A stretch of DNA of 46,386 bases from a virus (lineage: Duplodnaviria > Heunggongvirae > Uroviricota > Caudoviricetes), in the IMG/VR virus record IMGVR_UViG_2913167280_000002. One strand, given 5' to 3'. Made by a program: the position numbers and the translations under genes. Below are positions 7,398-16,633 of the stretch, piece after piece (positions within the stretch are counted from its first letter, which is position 1; the number at the start of each line of letters is the position of its first letter). The notes beneath the pieces are model-generated. The model was not told the origin of the DNA. It was given only the letters and a program-made list of their open reading frames with translations, and made no database searches.

Positions 7398-7937
7398 ATG
7401 ATTGAACTGTCAAAAAACTCATGTTTTTCAACCATTCACCTAATGATCATAAAAGAACTTAGGCTAGAAAGAGGTGTGCATCAAGGAGTACTGGCTCAAG
7501 CTGCTGGAAAAACACCAAACGCATGGACAAAGATAGAGAACGGGCAGTCTATATTAACAGTTGACGCCCTTTTTGGTGCTTTCACAGCCCTTAATATTAC
7601 TCCAGTGAATTTCATGTCATTGGTAGAAAATCTTATTCCCGAATTTAACCGTTATGGTTACTTCTTTTTCCCTGGAACAATCAGTCAGGACGAGGATAAC
7701 CTTTTACCTCTGATGCTGCGTTACTTTAATAGCAAGGGGTTTGAAGCATTGAGAAATAGGCCATTAGAAAGAGTTAGCATTAGCTCAATGGGATTCTCAT
7801 TTGGGGGCGGCATCCCTGTTACTCCAACTGCTGTAATGTATTGTTGCGATGAAGCATATAGAAATTGGGTCGATAACGGTGCTGATGTGGATAATCGAGA
7901 TTATCTGGAGTCATCAACAGGTCGTGGACTGTTTTAA
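7398..7937 (+). CDS. HTH (XRE-family) domain protein with C-terminal domain of unknown function
   Basis: N-terminal HTH segment GVLAQAAGKTPNAWTKIENG; 179 aa. Confidence 0.5.
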   Translation: MIELSKNSCFSTIHLMIIKELRLERGVHQGVLAQAAGKTPNAWTKIENGQSILTVDALFGAFTALNITPVNFMSLVENLIPEFNRYGYFFFPGTISQDEDNLLPLMLRYFNSKGFEALRNRPLERVSISSMGFSFGGGIPVTPTAVMYCCDEAYRNWVDNGADVDNRDYLESSTGRGLF

Positions 7938-7950
7938 TGAGTGAAGAAAC

Positions 7951-7982
7951 AAAAAAACCGTCCTTTTGAGGACGGTTCTTTC
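7951..7982. terminator. bidirectional rho-independent terminator
   Basis: Stem ACCGTCC/GGACGGT with an A-run upstream and a T-run downstream. Confidence 0.6.
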
Positions 7983-8374
7983 GTGCTGATCGGATTCGCG
8001 GTCCTTTCAGCATTACGTTGTTGTATAAACAACCACGCAAGCACAAGCAGCAAGTTGATTTTACCCAAAAGGTAATAATAGTCCACTATTATGCTTCAAA
8101 AAATTGTGGTTCTTGTTGTGTCTGCAAACTCACAGATTGTGGGTAGGTTACTGATTTTGTGAAAATAAACTGGTTTTTTCGTTTAATTTATTTCCTATTA
8201 CTAATCTTAAAATAATCGTAAAATACCTGTGGACCTTCCCGCCGATTCGCACCCGGGCACCGACTTTAGGGGAGGATTTCCTGTTGCCGTACATGCAAGC
8301 ACAAGCAGCCGTGCTTGCTCTCGCGTTGTTTTCGTCGGTGGGGATGCCGTGAAACGGCCTGTAAGGGCCATACA

Positions 8375-8497
8375 ATGAAAAAATACTGTATGTGTATTTT
8401 TATCGTTGTTACTGGGGCTTTGTTTACGCCACATGGGGAGGGTTGGAAGATTACTGATAACGCTCTGAATGTGACGATAAACATTAGCAGCAAGTAG
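8375..8497 (+). CDS. candidate small hydrophobic peptide (40 aa)
   Basis: MKKYCMCIFIVVTGALFTPHG...; AAGGG about 8 nt upstream; ends just before the terminator at 8503. Speculative. Confidence 0.25.
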   Translation: MKKYCMCIFIVVTGALFTPHGEGWKITDNALNVTINISSK

Positions 8498-8502
8498 CGA
8501 TT

Positions 8503-8526
8503 AGGCCCCTTCGGGGGCCTTTTTTA
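8503..8526 (+). terminator. rho-independent terminator
   Basis: Stem AGGCCCC/GGGGCCT, loop TTCG, then TTTTT. Confidence 0.65.
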
Positions 8527-8535
8527 TGGTTGAAT

Positions 8536-8718
8536 TTAAACGCTGGAGCGCATTAAGCCTTTCAGAACTGCTTCACGTACCCATTCTGGCCTGGTGGATA
8601 GCAGGGCAAATAAGCGACCAGCTTGCAGCCGTTTGAGGTCGGTTAGACGAGTTTTCAGTAACCGTGTATATTGTTTCTCGGACATAACAAATTCCCCTTG
8701 TTGTGTCGCGACGGCCAA
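8536..8718 (-). CDS. hypothetical small protein
   Basis: ORF downstream of the partition genes on the same strand. Confidence 0.3.
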   Translation of the reverse strand: MAVATQQGEFVMSEKQYTRLLKTRLTDLKRLQAGRLFALLSTRPEWVREAVLKGLMRSSV

Positions 8719-8747
8719 CAGTTGGCGCTGGAGGCCGTCACCTTCTC

Positions 8748-8996
8748 TTACTTCTGGTTGTATTGAGCCTTGAGTAACTCAAAAGACTTTGTCAGCACTT
8801 CTTTCAATGACATATCCATTGAGCTGGCGAACGTTTTGTACTCGCGTTTAAATTCAGGGTCGACGTTAAACGCCATTTGTGCCCCACCTGATTTGGTTCT
8901 GGTTGGCGTTTCAGTCGGGTCGAAAACCTGCGGTTGTTCGATCGATGGCGGTACGCCTTTGCTGTTCTTCTTTGGTGGTTTTGATGGTGCGGCCAT
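8748..8996 (-). CDS. ribbon-helix-helix centromere-binding protein (ParG-like)
   Basis: 82 aa, basic flexible N-terminus then RHH-like MAFNVDPEFKREYKTFAS...; AGAGGGGA RBS; directly downstream of parA. Confidence 0.55.
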   Translation of the reverse strand: MAAPSKPPKKNSKGVPPSIEQPQVFDPTETPTRTKSGGAQMAFNVDPEFKREYKTFASSMDMSLKEVLTKSFELLKAQYNQK

Positions 8997-9039
8997 GTGT
9001 ATCCCCTCTTATATAAATCTATAAAACTATAATTATATA

Positions 9040-9693
9040 TTACGCGGCAGTAGTCAGAGCCTCAAGCTGGTTGATAATCCCCTGAATAACGTCGTCTGCC
9101 TTTTTGCGTGGCGCAACGTATGAGCACTCAATGAGGCTTAAGCCCTTATCCTGAGCTTTGCTCAGAGCTGGCTTGTGGGGAATGTACTTATCGACAACAA
9201 AGTATGGCGTATTAGCCAGGTACTCTTGGGCTTCGATGTAGTCAGCTTCGTTTTCAGCCGCGCCGGAAAACACCATGCAAATTTTCTTGATTGGTACGCC
9301 CTTTTTAACGATGCCGTGAGCAGTGTTAACGGTGGTTTCAAGGTCATCGGTAGAGAATCGGGTTGGCAAAATAACCATATCCAGAAATTCAGATAGCTTC
9401 GGTACTGATTCAGATGCGTAGGCACCGCCATCAACGATAACCAGGTCGTATACTTCTGATTCGATGATTTTCTGGACTTGTGATGGCGTGCCGCACGGCT
9501 GCGCCGCGATTGCAGGTTCGATATTGTTGGCCATTCTGCGTTGTACCCAACGCGTTACCGTTCCGTTAAGCACATCCATATCGATCAGGCATACATTCCA
9601 GCCAGCCTTTGCATAAGCAACTGCTAAAGCACGGGCAATGGTTGATTTGGTTACGCCGCCTTTTCCGTTGAAAATACCTACAGATATAGTCAT
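9040..9693 (-). CDS. parA: partition ATPase ParA (small type Ib)
   Basis: Deviant Walker A GKGGVTKST; about 217 aa; GGAG RBS before the second in-frame Met. Confidence 0.8.
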   Translation of the reverse strand: MTISVGIFNGKGGVTKSTIARALAVAYAKAGWNVCLIDMDVLNGTVTRWVQRRMANNIEPAIAAQPCGTPSQVQKIIESEVYDLVIVDGGAYASESVPKLSEFLDMVILPTRFSTDDLETTVNTAHGIVKKGVPIKKICMVFSGAAENEADYIEAQEYLANTPYFVVDKYIPHKPALSKAQDKGLSLIECSYVAPRKKADDVIQGIINQLEALTTAA

Positions 9694-9714
9694 TTGTCGA
9701 GACTCCATGTGTTT

Positions 9715-9825
9715 GATTATATAATTCTATAAATCTATATTTATAGAATGAGGTAAGCATAACCAACTTTTGAGCGGATGAAAAGCACTTTATATAATTA
9801 TATAAATCTATAATATTTAAGCGGG
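9715..9825. repeat. AT-rich octamer arrays upstream of parA (candidate centromere and promoter)
   Basis: Two clusters of TTATATAA/TTATAGAT-type units. Confidence 0.4.
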
Positions 9826-9904
9826 CTGGCGCCCGCTTGCAGTCAGAGGTCAGCTATTGTTGATATCAGTTGATTTGCTAGCTGTCGCTGTTTACGTGAG
9901 AGGG

Positions 9905-10216
9905 TTAGAGCAGCTTCTGAGCGGTCGCTAAGAGGGGGTTTTCATCGAGAATCATGAGGCATACAGAAATAATAGCCCTGTTATATGCCATCAATGGCTG
10001 GCACAGCTTCGATACCGCTGGCACATCGTATTGTAAGGCCGTTTTGAGGCAGACTTTTTGTTCTGATGCCAGATGAAGGATAGATTCTATCCAGTCGATA
10101 TCTTTCTCATTATCAATGATTTGGCATAACATACACTCAATCGCTATGTTCAACGCTTGGATTTCGATTCCAGCAGTGATCAGAGTTTCGTTTTTATTGG
10201 CTGTATGTAATTCCAT
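9905..10216 (-). CDS. hypothetical protein
   Basis: AAGAGG RBS 6 nt upstream of ATG at 10216; operator palindrome about 35 bp upstream. Confidence 0.35.
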   Translation of the reverse strand: MELHTANKNETLITAGIEIQALNIAIECMLCQIIDNEKDIDWIESILHLASEQKVCLKTALQYDVPAVSKLCQPLMAYNRAIISVCLMILDENPLLATAQKLL

Positions 10217-10250
10217 GCGTAGCCTCTTGTATACTTTCACATGTTGTCAA

Positions 10251-10267
10251 AACCACAAAATGTGGTT
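10251..10267. promoter_or_regulatory. operator palindrome AACCACAAAATGTGGTT
   Basis: Perfect 17-bp palindrome between the repressor stop and the next minus-strand gene. Confidence 0.45.
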
Positions 10268-10308
10268 TTTTTGAGCGTAGAAATGCACGGCTTTCGCCGT
10301 GCTGTGTA

Positions 10309-10965
10309 TCATAACCAGTTGACAACACTAACTACGCGGCCCAGAACTTTATAACGCTTAAATTCCTCGTTATTCAGATGCTTAGTGTTCATTTCAGCAT
10401 CCCTTTCGGTTGACAGCATAACAGCATTGTCACCCGGTATGACTCTACAGTGCCTCAAAACAACCAGGCCATTTCTGTCTTCAAGGGCATAGATCCCCTC
10501 ATGAATCTCTGTATCGTCTGTATCAATCAGGACTTGGGAGCCAGGGGATATTGTTGGTGACATTAACTCATCGTTGCTCTGGAGAACTGACAGAGACGAT
10601 GGGTTGATGTTCTTGCTTCGTAGAATCTCCTGTTCTATCGCCAGCACTGGCTTTTCTCCGGCGTGCGATGCTATGTCATTTTTTATAGCTACAAGCCCAG
10701 GAATAACAGGAGCGTTAGTATTCTGGGGTGGGAACGGGTTATCTGTTAAGCACGCGATATAAGGCGCTGATGCTTTCAGGGCGTGAGCGATTTTCTTGAT
10801 GGCAGGTATAGATGGTTGTCTTAATCCGGCCTCATAGTTCTGCAAGGTGCTTAAGCCTATTCCAGTGACTTGCTGGAGATCTCCGGCAGTCATGCCGGAT
10901 TGTTTCCGTAGAGTCTGAATGCGCAGACCTATTTCTTTCTTGATGTTCTCGTCGTTGCTTTTCAT
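10309..10965 (-). CDS. CI-like prophage repressor (HTH plus LexA/S24-like C-terminal domain)
   Basis: N-terminal HTH (LQQVTGIGLSTLQNYEAG) and C-terminal S24-like region; divergent from the early operon. Confidence 0.75.
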   Translation of the reverse strand: MKSNDENIKKEIGLRIQTLRKQSGMTAGDLQQVTGIGLSTLQNYEAGLRQPSIPAIKKIAHALKASAPYIACLTDNPFPPQNTNAPVIPGLVAIKNDIASHAGEKPVLAIEQEILRSKNINPSSLSVLQSNDELMSPTISPGSQVLIDTDDTEIHEGIYALEDRNGLVVLRHCRVIPGDNAVMLSTERDAEMNTKHLNNEEFKRYKVLGRVVSVVNWL

Positions 10966-11002
10966 GTCTCATCAATCGTGAATGGTGGGTTATTTATACA
11001 TT

Positions 11003-11121
11003 ACCACATTTAGTGGTTTTCACGCGGTAAGACGAGATGTGGACCACAAATAGAAGGCTATTTTTTGTTTCGCCCATTGAAAAACTCACGATATGTGGTT
11101 TTAATACCACATATCGTGGTT
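11003..11121. promoter_or_regulatory. immunity-switch operator cluster
   Basis: ACCACATTTAGTGGT (11003-11017), CTCACGATATGTGGTT (11085-11100) and ACCACATATCGTGGTT (11106-11121) in the divergent intergenic region; rightward promoter-like TTGAAA-N17-TTAATA overlaps the last two. Confidence 0.5.
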
Positions 11122-11138
11122 TAACTGGAGTTCGTTAA

Positions 11139-11633
11139 ATGACCTTTCAGGAGTGGGTTGACGAAAATGGAGGCCAAATTGGTGTTGCCAGAAAGTTTGG
11201 CTTTACGTCATCACTGATTGGTGCCTGGTATCGCTTCGAGAGATTCCCTCGTGCGGATAACCTGACGCTGCTGGTGGCGTATTCGGAAGGCCGGATTAAC
11301 GTCCAGCAATGGGCGGCAGATTTTGCCGAACGTCAGCGCCAGCGTAGCGATGGCACATCGGTTCGGCAGAACAAGATCAAAGGGAATCTCCCTGTTAACT
11401 GCTTATCAAGGCTGAAAGCGGTTTTCTCTGAGCTGGGGATGCCTGCGGAGCGTTGCAATCTACGCGGTCCGCGATTCATTGCTCGCTGGAAACACTCACA
11501 CGTAACCGTTTCAGAGGTTCGTGATGCGATTGCCGTGCTGGAGTTTAAGAATAAAGATTCCAGCGATATCGAGCTGATTCATAAGGAGATTAGCAACGCC
11601 CGGCGTTCAGCACTTGGGAGGCTTGAGGAATGA
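11139..11633 (+). CDS. first early-operon protein, putative Cro-like or regulatory protein
   Basis: Divergent from the repressor; N-terminal HTH-like segment; GGAG RBS. Confidence 0.35.
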   Translation: MTFQEWVDENGGQIGVARKFGFTSSLIGAWYRFERFPRADNLTLLVAYSEGRINVQQWAADFAERQRQRSDGTSVRQNKIKGNLPVNCLSRLKAVFSELGMPAERCNLRGPRFIARWKHSHVTVSEVRDAIAVLEFKNKDSSDIELIHKEISNARRSALGRLEE

Positions 11634-12145
11634 TGATTCTGGCCTTCTTTGGTGATAATCACCAGATTCAATCGCAGGTGGTGCACTACCTTGATCAAAC
11701 GATTAAGGGATTTGTTATCGATCATATTGATAACGATAGTAAACGTCTATCTGTAGAGCAGAAAATTGGACGTGTGCAGCGACTGGTTGCCAGCCGTAAC
11801 AGACGTGACACCGTAACAGTCGTCACGGGGATAACGGAGGTCATGGAGTACCAGATGTTGCTGCATCGTGGAGCTGTTTTCTGCGTTCTTCCTGGCATTC
11901 TGCCAGCAATTCTTGCTCGTGGTTTTGTCCCTATTGATGAGTCGTTTTTATATGTAACCCCAAGCCGTTCTCTTCTGGATACGGAGGCGAAGCGTCGCAT
12001 TTATATGCTGCCGGACGAGGCATTTTCTGAATGTTACCGCCGTGAAATGAGGTTGGGTAAACGAGATGTGTCTGTTTCTCGTAATGGCAGGTTTTTAAGC
12101 AGCCGCACGGTGAAAAGCACCAGAAATGACGGGGGCCATCAATGA
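11630..12145 (+). CDS. hypothetical protein
   Basis: Translationally coupled (ATGA overlap). Confidence 0.4.
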   Translation: MMILAFFGDNHQIQSQVVHYLDQTIKGFVIDHIDNDSKRLSVEQKIGRVQRLVASRNRRDTVTVVTGITEVMEYQMLLHRGAVFCVLPGILPAILARGFVPIDESFLYVTPSRSLLDTEAKRRIYMLPDEAFSECYRREMRLGKRDVSVSRNGRFLSSRTVKSTRNDGGHQ

Positions 12146-12375
12146 GTGGTTATGTTCGCGGTGCTGCGATGCATTGCCAGAATCCCCAATTCTGGCGCTT
12201 TCTGACCAGTAAAACAGGGAAGAACATTTCAAACAGTTCTGAGGCCTCTGTGATTCTGCGTGAGTTTTGCGGGATCTCATCCCGTAAAGAGCTGGCAAAG
12301 AACTACGCGGCCAGAAGCATGTATGTCCAGTTAATCAACGAGTTCAACCTCTTTATCAATGGTAAGGGGCGCTGA
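12142..12375 (+). CDS. hypothetical protein
   Basis: Coupled ORF in the early operon. Confidence 0.35.
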   Translation: MSGYVRGAAMHCQNPQFWRFLTSKTGKNISNSSEASVILREFCGISSRKELAKNYAARSMYVQLINEFNLFINGKGR

Positions 12376-12779
12376 TGAACGGACGTACACCAACGAAGAA
12401 AGAGAAACTTTATATACAAGCGGTGCTCACTCACGTGGGTTGCATAGCTTGCATTATTGATGGCCGTGAAATTGAGAATCCAGAGCTGTGGACGGAGCTA
12501 CATCACGATCCTGATTACGGCAGCGTTGATGAGAATTGCCACTTCCATAGCTTTGGGTTGTGCGCACCACATCATCGCGGTGTTGTGCCTGGTGGTGGGC
12601 GCGTGCCTCCGCATATTGCCGTTCGTCACCCTCCCCTGAGTAATTGTGCTCGCTTTGTTGAGCGTTATGGCACCGATGAATTTTTGTGTGCGCAGACGTG
12701 GGAGCTGTTACCGCAGTCAGTTAAAGACGAAATTGGGTTTGATCTTAGTCTTGGTGAAGTACCAGGGGATACCAAATGA
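12375..12779 (+). CDS. Cys/His-rich protein, possible HNH-type nuclease
   Basis: CIACIIDG...NCHFHSFGLCAPHHRG metal-binding-like pattern. Confidence 0.35.
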   Translation: MNGRTPTKKEKLYIQAVLTHVGCIACIIDGREIENPELWTELHHDPDYGSVDENCHFHSFGLCAPHHRGVVPGGGRVPPHIAVRHPPLSNCARFVERYGTDEFLCAQTWELLPQSVKDEIGFDLSLGEVPGDTK

Positions 12780-13108
12780 GATATACCGGCTTTCGCAAAC
12801 CAGCGACCAGGAAAAGCAAATACGGCAATAAAAAAACTGTTGTCGATGATATCGCTTTTGATAGCAAAAAAGAGGCTGATTACTACTGCGAACTGAAGCT
12901 ACTGAGAAAAGCTGGCCGCGTTGTGACGTTTCTTATGCAGGTGCCTTTTCATCTGCCAGGTGGTGTCGTTTATAAACTTGATTTCATGGTGTTTTATGAC
13001 GATGGGACGATTGATTGTGTCGACACTAAAGGTGTGCGAACAGACGTCTACATCATGAAGAAAAAGCAGGTAGAGGCGCTTTATCCCGTCACGATACGGG
13101 AGATCTGA
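12776..13108 (+). CDS. hypothetical phage protein
   Basis: YGNKKTVVDDIAFDSKKEADYY motif; coupled ORF. Confidence 0.4.
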   Translation: MRYTGFRKPATRKSKYGNKKTVVDDIAFDSKKEADYYCELKLLRKAGRVVTFLMQVPFHLPGGVVYKLDFMVFYDDGTIDCVDTKGVRTDVYIMKKKQVEALYPVTIREI

Positions 13109-13111
13109 ACA

Positions 13112-13489
13112 GTGAGACGCGATCTGGATAGCTTGTTTGAGCTATGGGCGCTGTGGGTGCGCAATGGCTGCAACGCCCGTAGCGGTTTCGCGTCGATGTT
13201 AGAAATGATGATGGTTACGCGTTGCCAGTTTACCGGAGGGGGCGGCGCACCAAATGACTCACTGGAAACCAGTATCGAGGGAGCGGTGACGGCCCTCACG
13301 GTAGTTGATGAGACTGCGGCGCTGGTTGTCCGAATTGAATACGGGGCGTGGGAGATTCGGGGCCTCGACATAAATGCACCGCATATTGATAAAGCCCACG
13401 CCCTTTCTCTTAGTCTCAGACAGTATCGCCGGAAGCTGGCAAAAGCCAGGGCGTATGTTGTCGACTATTTGAAAAAGCGAAGAGAGTAA
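13112..13489 (+). CDS. hypothetical protein
   Basis: GTG start with GGGAG RBS; last gene before module B. Confidence 0.3.
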   Translation: MRRDLDSLFELWALWVRNGCNARSGFASMLEMMMVTRCQFTGGGGAPNDSLETSIEGAVTALTVVDETAALVVRIEYGAWEIRGLDINAPHIDKAHALSLSLRQYRRKLAKARAYVVDYLKKRRE

Positions 13490-13542
13490 AAGTGTCATTT
13501 TGAGCTGTTTTGATGGTGTGTAGACATCGGGAACATCGAAAA

Positions 13543-13658
13543 TCTATAAATATATAATTATATATTTATATAAAAAGTGCTTTACAGGTAGGAAAAAATT
13601 TCCTAAGGTTATACCCGAAACCGAGCGATACCCGCCCTGGTTAAACCGGAGAAATCTG
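13543..13658 (+). promoter_or_regulatory. conserved promoter/leader module, copy B
   Basis: Near-identical to copy A, with differences in the -10 (TAAGGT), the spacer and the last 7 nt. Coordinates approximate to within 1 nt. Confidence 0.6.
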
Positions 13659-14726
13659 ATGAATAAACAAGTAATTATTTCTGACTGGATCAACAACCCT
13701 AACAGCCTGTTAAGCACTGATACTGGCTACCTATTACGCCATGTTAATGGTCGTATGGTCAAAAGCGATGAGCACGAAACCTTTTTCTTTGTTGAAGACG
13801 ATGGGCGCATCTATGAGGATGGTTACTCTTATGAAGCCCAAACTGGTTGTATCCCTGCGGAGCTGGTGGACGTAACAGAAGATCTGCGCAAAGCATGGCT
13901 TGAACAGCAGCAGCGCGGAGATGATTACGTAAACACCTATCAGGAACGCCAGAACGCGCGTCTTGCCCGATATATTGCTCGTGCAGAAAAAGCCAGAAAA
14001 GAAGGTGCGGTAGCGCATAAGCGAGCGCATGACCTGTTGGATGTGATCCCGTTAGGCCAGCCGATTTTAGTTGACCATTATAGCGCGAAAGGCCATCGCC
14101 GCCGTTTGTCTAAAGCTGATGCGTTATTCAGAAAAGCGTTTGTTGAATGCGAAAGTAAAGCATCACACTACGAGAGCAAAGCCGCAGGTGTTGGTCGTAA
14201 TGGAATTTCGTCTGATGATCCTGATGCGCTATTTAAGTTGCTTCGTAAGCTGCAAGGCTGCATGAAGTCACACGTCAAAATGAAGGCCGCAAATAAGGCC
14301 ATTCGCAAATACAAAAAAGACCAATTACAGCAGCTTTCTGCATTAATCGATCTCAGGTTTACAGAAAGCGAAGCCAAAGAGTTACTGGCCGGAGATTTCT
14401 GTGGGCGCATCGGATTCCCTTCATACGCACTGAGCAACAATAACGCCGAAATCAAACGACTACAGAGCCGTATTAAGGAGCTTGAATCGGTCAAGTCTGT
14501 AACAGGAGCACAGCGCGAAGAATACGACGGCTTTTCTATGGAGATAGATCCAGAGGATAACCGCATCCTGTTTTATTTCCCTGGCAAACCAGAGGCAAAC
14601 ATTCGTTCGCTGCTTAAATCACGCGCCTTTAAGTGGAGTCCAACCCGTAATGCATGGGTTCGCAAGATTACTCCAAACGCCCTGGCTGATGCCCGATATC
14701 TGAAAGAATCGCTATTGAAAGCCTGA
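13659..14726 (+). CDS. hypothetical protein (355 aa)
   Basis: First gene behind module B; GGAG RBS. Confidence 0.5.
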   Translation: MNKQVIISDWINNPNSLLSTDTGYLLRHVNGRMVKSDEHETFFFVEDDGRIYEDGYSYEAQTGCIPAELVDVTEDLRKAWLEQQQRGDDYVNTYQERQNARLARYIARAEKARKEGAVAHKRAHDLLDVIPLGQPILVDHYSAKGHRRRLSKADALFRKAFVECESKASHYESKAAGVGRNGISSDDPDALFKLLRKLQGCMKSHVKMKAANKAIRKYKKDQLQQLSALIDLRFTESEAKELLAGDFCGRIGFPSYALSNNNAEIKRLQSRIKELESVKSVTGAQREEYDGFSMEIDPEDNRILFYFPGKPEANIRSLLKSRAFKWSPTRNAWVRKITPNALADARYLKESLLKA

Positions 14727-14803
14727 CAGTAAGCCTACGGCGGGATGTCTCCCGCCGTATATAGAATTATATATTTATATAAATGTATAAGGACGCCTCG
14801 ACA

Positions 14804-15085
14804 ATGAAACGCAAAATTATTAACCCCCAAGATGTGATTAATTTCCTGACCGATCACCCATGTTCAAAAGTGGACGTAATCGCGGAGCACATTGGTGTGT
14901 CGCAGAACTCTATGCGTTGCAGACTGAGAAGCATGGTTGCCGAAGGACAGATAACAACCAGGAAAATAAATGGTTGCCTGTACTACTCCGCTAAACCGGA
15001 ATTGCCATTTGGCATGAATCCTAACTCCATGTTGTTTAACACCTTATTAGCCAAAGTTAAGCCGTTGAGAGGGGCTGTGGCATGA
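14804..15085 (+). CDS. small putative winged-helix DNA-binding protein
   Basis: Preceded by an AT-rich octamer array; start at second in-frame Met. Confidence 0.35.
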   Translation: MKRKIINPQDVINFLTDHPCSKVDVIAEHIGVSQNSMRCRLRSMVAEGQITTRKINGCLYYSAKPELPFGMNPNSMLFNTLLAKVKPLRGAVA

Positions 15086-15447
15086 GCATCAAAACCCATA
15101 CCGGAATAATCATCACCATTGATGGTGAGAAAAAAGTGAAGTTACGCGAAACGCCGACAACCTGGTGTGTTGGTCCGAAAGAAACATATCGCAAGGAAGA
15201 TGGGCGCCGTTGTGGGTCGCCACTTTCCAGCCGTCGCCTCCTTTTGAGCACGATAAAACCTATCGGGCAGGTTGAGCAACCAACGACTCCGGTAACGAAG
15301 ATTTCAGACAAGAGTCTGGCAAACCTGATCGCTGATGCGGACAAGGTGCTGGAGCGAAATACCCCCGTTGCAGATGAGGAATGGTGGCAGGATTTCCGAG
15401 CCGCAATGCTAGAGCTTCAGGAACGTCGTCGGGAGGAGTTGAAGTGA
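15082..15447 (+). CDS. hypothetical protein
   Basis: ATGA-coupled ORF. Confidence 0.4.
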   Translation: MSIKTHTGIIITIDGEKKVKLRETPTTWCVGPKETYRKEDGRRCGSPLSSRRLLLSTIKPIGQVEQPTTPVTKISDKSLANLIADADKVLERNTPVADEEWWQDFRAAMLELQERRREELK

Positions 15448-15698
15448 GTGGATCAAATTGTCGAATTAATGGCAATCGAATAGAGCCGTGTGCTGCATTG
15501 GCAAAGTCTCTTGAGCGTGATGCTGAATGCTCAGTAAGAAAAGGCTTACTGCTATACAAAATCTGGAATGAGAGTTTAACCCGTGGACCTGATTTGGTGA
15601 TGTTGCGTTCCGGTGAGTTTTCTAAATCACCGATTCGAGTTTCATTTTGCCCGTTCTGTGGTGAAAGTCTGAAAACGTGGGAGGAAACCAATGAGTGA
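15444..15698 (+). CDS. hypothetical protein with C-terminal CxxC pair
   Basis: GTG start with GGGAGGAG RBS; FCPFCG motif. Confidence 0.35.
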   Translation: MSGSNCRINGNRIEPCAALAKSLERDAECSVRKGLLLYKIWNESLTRGPDLVMLRSGEFSKSPIRVSFCPFCGESLKTWEETNE

Positions 15699-16227
15699 CC
15701 AATGGCGACCAGAAATTTGTCCGATAACCGGACGTGCATTTTTCATGTGGATTGAGCATCCAACATTGGGAAATGTGCCGACATATGGTGGCCCATTAGA
15801 TAGTTACACCATTCCAACAAAGGACGGTGACGGTGAGTTTTCATGTGAGCGTTACGATCATGATTTTGGCGGTTGGGTAGAAAGCGAATGTCTTGGGTTA
15901 TATCTGATTGATGATAGAGAACAATGCAGGGTCTACGAACTGGAGGAACGCATTGCAGAACTGGAAGCACGGGAAATAAAACCAGCCAAAGGTGAAGTTC
16001 TTGTCGTTGTATCTGGTTTTACTGGTTGCGGAAAAAGCGCCATCGCCGGGGAAATAGAAATCGCGATGAAGGCTATTGGTGTACCGGTTCAGTGGACTAA
16101 TGGTGATGCAGAAAAGCGCATGACCGGCGCTGACTGGCTGACAGCAATTGAGATGTACAAACCAACTGTGCGCATTGTGGAAGTTAATGTGCCACGCGTC
16201 GCTGGCGTTCGCATCAAAGGAGAGTGA
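15691..16227 (+). CDS. hypothetical protein
   Basis: Coupled ORF, 178 aa. Confidence 0.4.
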   Translation: MSDQWRPEICPITGRAFFMWIEHPTLGNVPTYGGPLDSYTIPTKDGDGEFSCERYDHDFGGWVESECLGLYLIDDREQCRVYELEERIAELEAREIKPAKGEVLVVVSGFTGCGKSAIAGEIEIAMKAIGVPVQWTNGDAEKRMTGADWLTAIEMYKPTVRIVEVNVPRVAGVRIKGE

Positions 16228-16228
16228 C

Positions 16229-16588
16229 GTGGAAATAAAACCAGAAGATGAGTTAAGTAATATTGTTTTATTTCCGGTAAAAGAGGATGACCCACGTAAT
16301 CAGGTTAATTTTCTTTATGAGCCATCGGAAAGACCATACTGCCATCACGCTTCTGTCCGGGTTGACGAAAAAGAGCGTCAGGTCCGCTGCAAAATCTGTG
16401 GTGCAGTTGTGGAGCCGTTTGACTGGATGCTCTCTGTGGCTAAAAGAGAAACCAGACTGGCAGATGATGTAAGGCTATTGCGCCAGGAGGAACAGGAAAG
16501 GCGAAAAAATATAGAAAAGCTAATTCAGATTGAGCGTAACGCGAAAGCGCGGATACGCAGGGCAACAAAAGCCAGAACTGAATATTAA
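16229..16588 (+). CDS. hypothetical protein with CxxC-type zinc-ribbon motif
   Basis: GTG start after AAAGGAGAGTGAC; RCKICG motif. Confidence 0.35.
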   Translation: MEIKPEDELSNIVLFPVKEDDPRNQVNFLYEPSERPYCHHASVRVDEKERQVRCKICGAVVEPFDWMLSVAKRETRLADDVRLLRQEEQERRKNIEKLIQIERNAKARIRRATKARTEY

Positions 16589-16633
16589 ATCAGCACTGTA
16601 AATAAAATTTAATCCTTAACCGGAGGTATATCT

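Noticed and set aside
8148-8493. Three overlapping 75-aa minus-strand ORFs
   Set aside because: Equal-length ORFs in all three minus frames between terminators look like an artefact of stop-codon spacing.
13112-13489. Lambda Q-type antiterminator call for this ORF
   Set aside because: The resemblance was not specific enough from sequence alone, and the gene is not adjacent to the putative late terminator.
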